Source of the DNA: Hyaloraphidium curvatum SAG 235-1
Taxonomy: Eukaryota; Fungi; Monoblepharomycota
Length of the DNA stretch: 64,000 nt
Direction: 5' to 3'
NCBI GenBank assembly: GCA_025558095.1
Contig: JAIVFI010000003.1
Coordinates: 744,001-808,000, forward strand
The notes under the pieces were generated by a model that saw only the letters and a program-made list of their open reading frames with translations, searched no databases and was not told the DNA's origin. The first letter of the stretch is position 1, and each line of letters starts with the position of its first letter. Below, one piece after another: positions 61,229-64,000 of the stretch. Made by a program: the position numbers and the translations under genes.

Positions 61229-62599
61229 ATGCCCGGCGCACCGGACGCCCTCGGCGGCGGCGGCCCGCGCGGCCCCGACGCGCCCGCCGCGGGCGACGTG
61301 CTGCGCGGCGCCGTCGACGACTTCCGCGTGGGCGCGCTGCTCGGCCGCGGCGCCTTCGCCTCGGTGCACGAGGTCCGCGGCGGCCGCAGCGGCGTCTCGG
61401 TGCGTGCAGCCCCCGGCGCGGGAGACCGGCGCTCATCTCTTTTGGGCACGTCCCCCATTTCCCCCTGCTCCCCCACAGGCCGTCGTCAAAAGCACGCTGC
61501 TGTCGCCCAACGAGCCCAAGGCGCTGCTATTTGCGCTGCGGGAGGCGCTCGCGCTGGCACATATGCCGCCCCATCGCGGCGTCCCCCGCCTCATTGATTT
61601 CATTCGAGAGGACGGCGCCGTGCACATCGTCATGGGCCGTGCACCGGGCATTGAGCTGTTCACTTGTTTGACCGAGCGCGGCAACCGCATGCCCGAGGAG
61701 GAAACGCGGTGCGTCGTGGCCGGCATCCTGTCCGCCCTTCGCCATGGTGAGCAGATGCTCGCGCTCCTGTATGTGGACCCCCCTGACACCTGGCAGCCCA
61801 CGCACACGGCGTCGCGCATCGGGATGTGAAGCTCGACAACGTCTTTTGGGACGCCGCCTCGGCCACCGTCACCTTGCTGGATTTCGGCCTCTCCACCTTC
61901 TTCGACCGGAACACGGTCCTGGAGGAGCCCATCGGCTGCATCAACTATGCCTCTCCCGCCCTGCTGAGGCTCACGGTCGAGCACGAGGGCATGCGCCCGA
62001 ACCAGGGCCACTGCGACCTCTGGGCCCTCGGCGCGCTGACGCATGGGCTGCTGACGGGGTTCTTCCCGTTCCGCTCCGAGGACCCCAGGGTGCTGCTCAA
62101 GGAGATTGGCCCCTACGGCCCGCGCATCCGCCTGCGGGGCTGCTCGGACCTGGCGCACCACTTCGTCGGAGTCCTGCTGGACCCGCGCAACGAGGGCAAG
62201 CTCTCGGCCTCCCTGCTCCTCCGGCACCCCTGGGTCGCGCCCTTTGCCGACCCCGCGCCCGGGGAGCGCGCAGCAAGGGACATCCCGCAGATCCCCTCCC
62301 CCGTCGCGAACCTTGCCCTCGCGACCGCGGCCGCCGAGGCCGCGATCGACGCCGCGATGCCGCACCACCTCGCCGCCATGCGTCGCGCGCTGTTCCCCAC
62401 CCCGGCACCGCCCCCGCCGTGGCGGTTCGAGCGCAAGGGGTCGCACAGCAGTGTCGCGTCGGACTCGACCGCCGTGGAGGCGTCCTCGCCGCCCCGGGCT
62501 AAAGCCAAGGAGGAGGATGCCGCGTCGACGGGGAGCGGGGACACCGTCGGGAGGCTGGGAAAGGCGAGGCGTTGGTTGGAGGGGCTCCGGATGCGGTGA
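61229..62599 (+). CDS. Atypical CAMK-group Ser/Thr kinase, paralogue 3
   Basis: LGRGAFASV, AVVKST, REA, HRDVKLDN, DFGLSTFFDRNTVLEEPIGCINYASPA and DLWALG. Introns at 61400-61478 and 61747-61796. Confidence 0.88.
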
Positions 62600-62898
62600 C
62601 GATCTGCTGGGCTGCTCGGGCTGTGCATATGGACGTCGGATGCGCTTGGATGCGGGCGGTTGGGCCGCCGGGGATTGGAGCTGGCTCTGAACTTCACTTG
62701 GCATGGTTGTATCTCTGCACACGTTTGGAATGGACTCCTGTCATCGATGCTGTCCCCCGCCAGGTAGTGCTTCGAACACCCTGAAGGCGATCGGTGCGCG
62801 GGACACACGTGGACTTGCGCGCCGATCCCGGGCGCAAACAAGCGCATCGCGTCTGAAAGTGCCATCGGGCAGCGCTCTTTGGCCCGCTCCCCGAACCC

Positions 62899-64000
62899 AT
62901 GGTCTCGGGCGGTGCTCCGGGGGCCAACGGGGCCGCCGGGCCATCCGCCAACGGAACCTCGGGCGCTAGCGGAACACGCCCGCCCTCGCTCAGGATCGTG
63001 GCCGTGAACGATGTTTACCTGCTCGACAACCTTCCGAAGCTCAAGACGCTCGTCGATGCCGAGGCCTCGCGCGATCCGGCAGACCTGCTGCTTGTCACGC
63101 TCGCCGGGGACTTCCTGTCGCCCTCCCTCCTGTCTTCCCTTGACCACGGTCGGGGAATGGTCGACGTTCTTAACGGCGTGCCCGTCACGCACGTCTGCTT
63201 CGGGAACCACGAGGACGACTTGCACGTCGACGAGGTCCGGAAACGGGTCACGGAGTTCCGAGGGTGCTGGCTCAACACCAACATGCCCTCATTCGTCCCG
63301 GCGCTCCCAAAGTGCCAAATCGTCGAGGTCGGGAACCCGGGCGGCCGCAAGGTCCGCGTGGGGATGGTCGGCGTGGTCATGGACGACCGGCAGATCTACG
63401 CGGCGCCCCCGTTCGGCGGGACGGAGATGCTGGGGGCCAACGAGTCGGCAATTGCCGTGGCAAAGAAGCTCATCGAGGACGAGGGGTGCGCGTGCGTGGT
63501 TCCGCTCACGCACCAGGACCTGGAGGACGACCTGCTGCTGGCGCGATGGCAGGGGGAGCGGACCTTGTTCCCCGTGATTCTCGGGGGGCACGAGCACCAG
63601 CCGATGGAGGAAAAGGTCGGCCGGACGCTGCTCGTCAAAGCGGGGACGGACGCCGAGACTGCAGTGGTTATCGACCTGACCTGGCCGGCGGAGGCACCGG
63701 CGCCGGGCCAGCCCGATCTGCCCCATGTTGCGACGAGGAACGTCGACGTCACGGCACTACCTCCGGACCCGGCGCTGCAGGCCCGCGCGGAGCAACACAT
63801 GAAGCTGGTCGCGGCGCTCGAAAGGGCCACGCTGCTGTTCCTCGGGCCGGGGGAGGAGCTGTCCTCGGTGGGCACCAGGCGGCAGCAGACCAGCTTCGGC
63901 ACCGTGATCTGCAACCGCCTGCGGGACGTGATGGGGGCGGACATGTGCATGGTCAACGGCGGCGGGATCCGGGCCAACCAGACGTACGAGGCCAAGTTCA
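62899..64000 (+). CDS. Calcineurin-like metallophosphoesterase of the 5'-nucleotidase/apyrase family; runs off the window
   Basis: Uninterrupted frame from ATG 62899: LRIVAVNDVY, AGDFLSPSLLSSLDHGRGMV, FGNHE, PLTHQ, ILGGHEH, KAG.DA and NGGGIR. Confidence 0.9.
   Translation, partial: MVSGGAPGANGAAGPSANGTSGASGTRPPSLRIVAVNDVYLLDNLPKLKTLVDAEASRDPADLLLVTLAGDFLSPSLLSSLDHGRGMVDVLNGVPVTHVCFGNHEDDLHVDEVRKRVTEFRGCWLNTNMPSFVPALPKCQIVEVGNPGGRKVRVGMVGVVMDDRQIYAAPPFGGTEMLGANESAIAVAKKLIEDEGCACVVPLTHQDLEDDLLLARWQGERTLFPVILGGHEHQPMEEKVGRTLLVKAGTDAETAVVIDLTWPAEAPAPGQPDLPHVATRNVDVTALPPDPALQARAEQHMKLVAALERATLLFLGPGEELSSVGTRRQQTSFGTVICNRLRDVMGADMCMVNGGGIRANQTYEAKF

Overview
Eukaryotic, GC-rich, very gene-dense genomic DNA with many short (about 45-90 nt) spliceosomal introns, so the six-frame ORF track fragments almost every real gene. 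Gene content points to an early-diverging (chytrid/monoblepharid-like) fungus. It has a Zn2Cys6 factor and an Atp19-like subunit, plus genes absent or not readily recognisable in budding yeast (WDR92, UVSSA, BORCS8, ACTMAP, a SYP7-like SNARE, a CHORD protein). I reconstructed about 35 protein genes by hand. These include separase, PIG-H, Vma12, MEMO1, alpha-COP, an Snt1/N-CoR-like SANT protein, SHMT, spastin, Rpn11, Fyv10/MAEA, Cdh1, Rpl29, dynein LIC, Tfc6, eIF3g and Bcd1. The intron-poorer right end (52-64 kb) holds three paralogous atypical kinases, an M20 amidohydrolase, an orphan membrane protein and a 5'-nucleotidase. I saw no prokaryotic system, CRISPR array, tRNA, rRNA or transposon. 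Best leads: a local family of CAMK-like kinases with a built-in phosphomimetic T-loop and no APE glutamate; a box C/D snoRNA-like element in an oversized SHMT intron; a fungal ACTMAP whose 3' CDS overlaps eIF3g; a recurrent (G)CGCGGGAC promoter motif; and frequent GC-AG introns. All family assignments come from motif recognition, not database searches, and exon boundaries are manual predictions.
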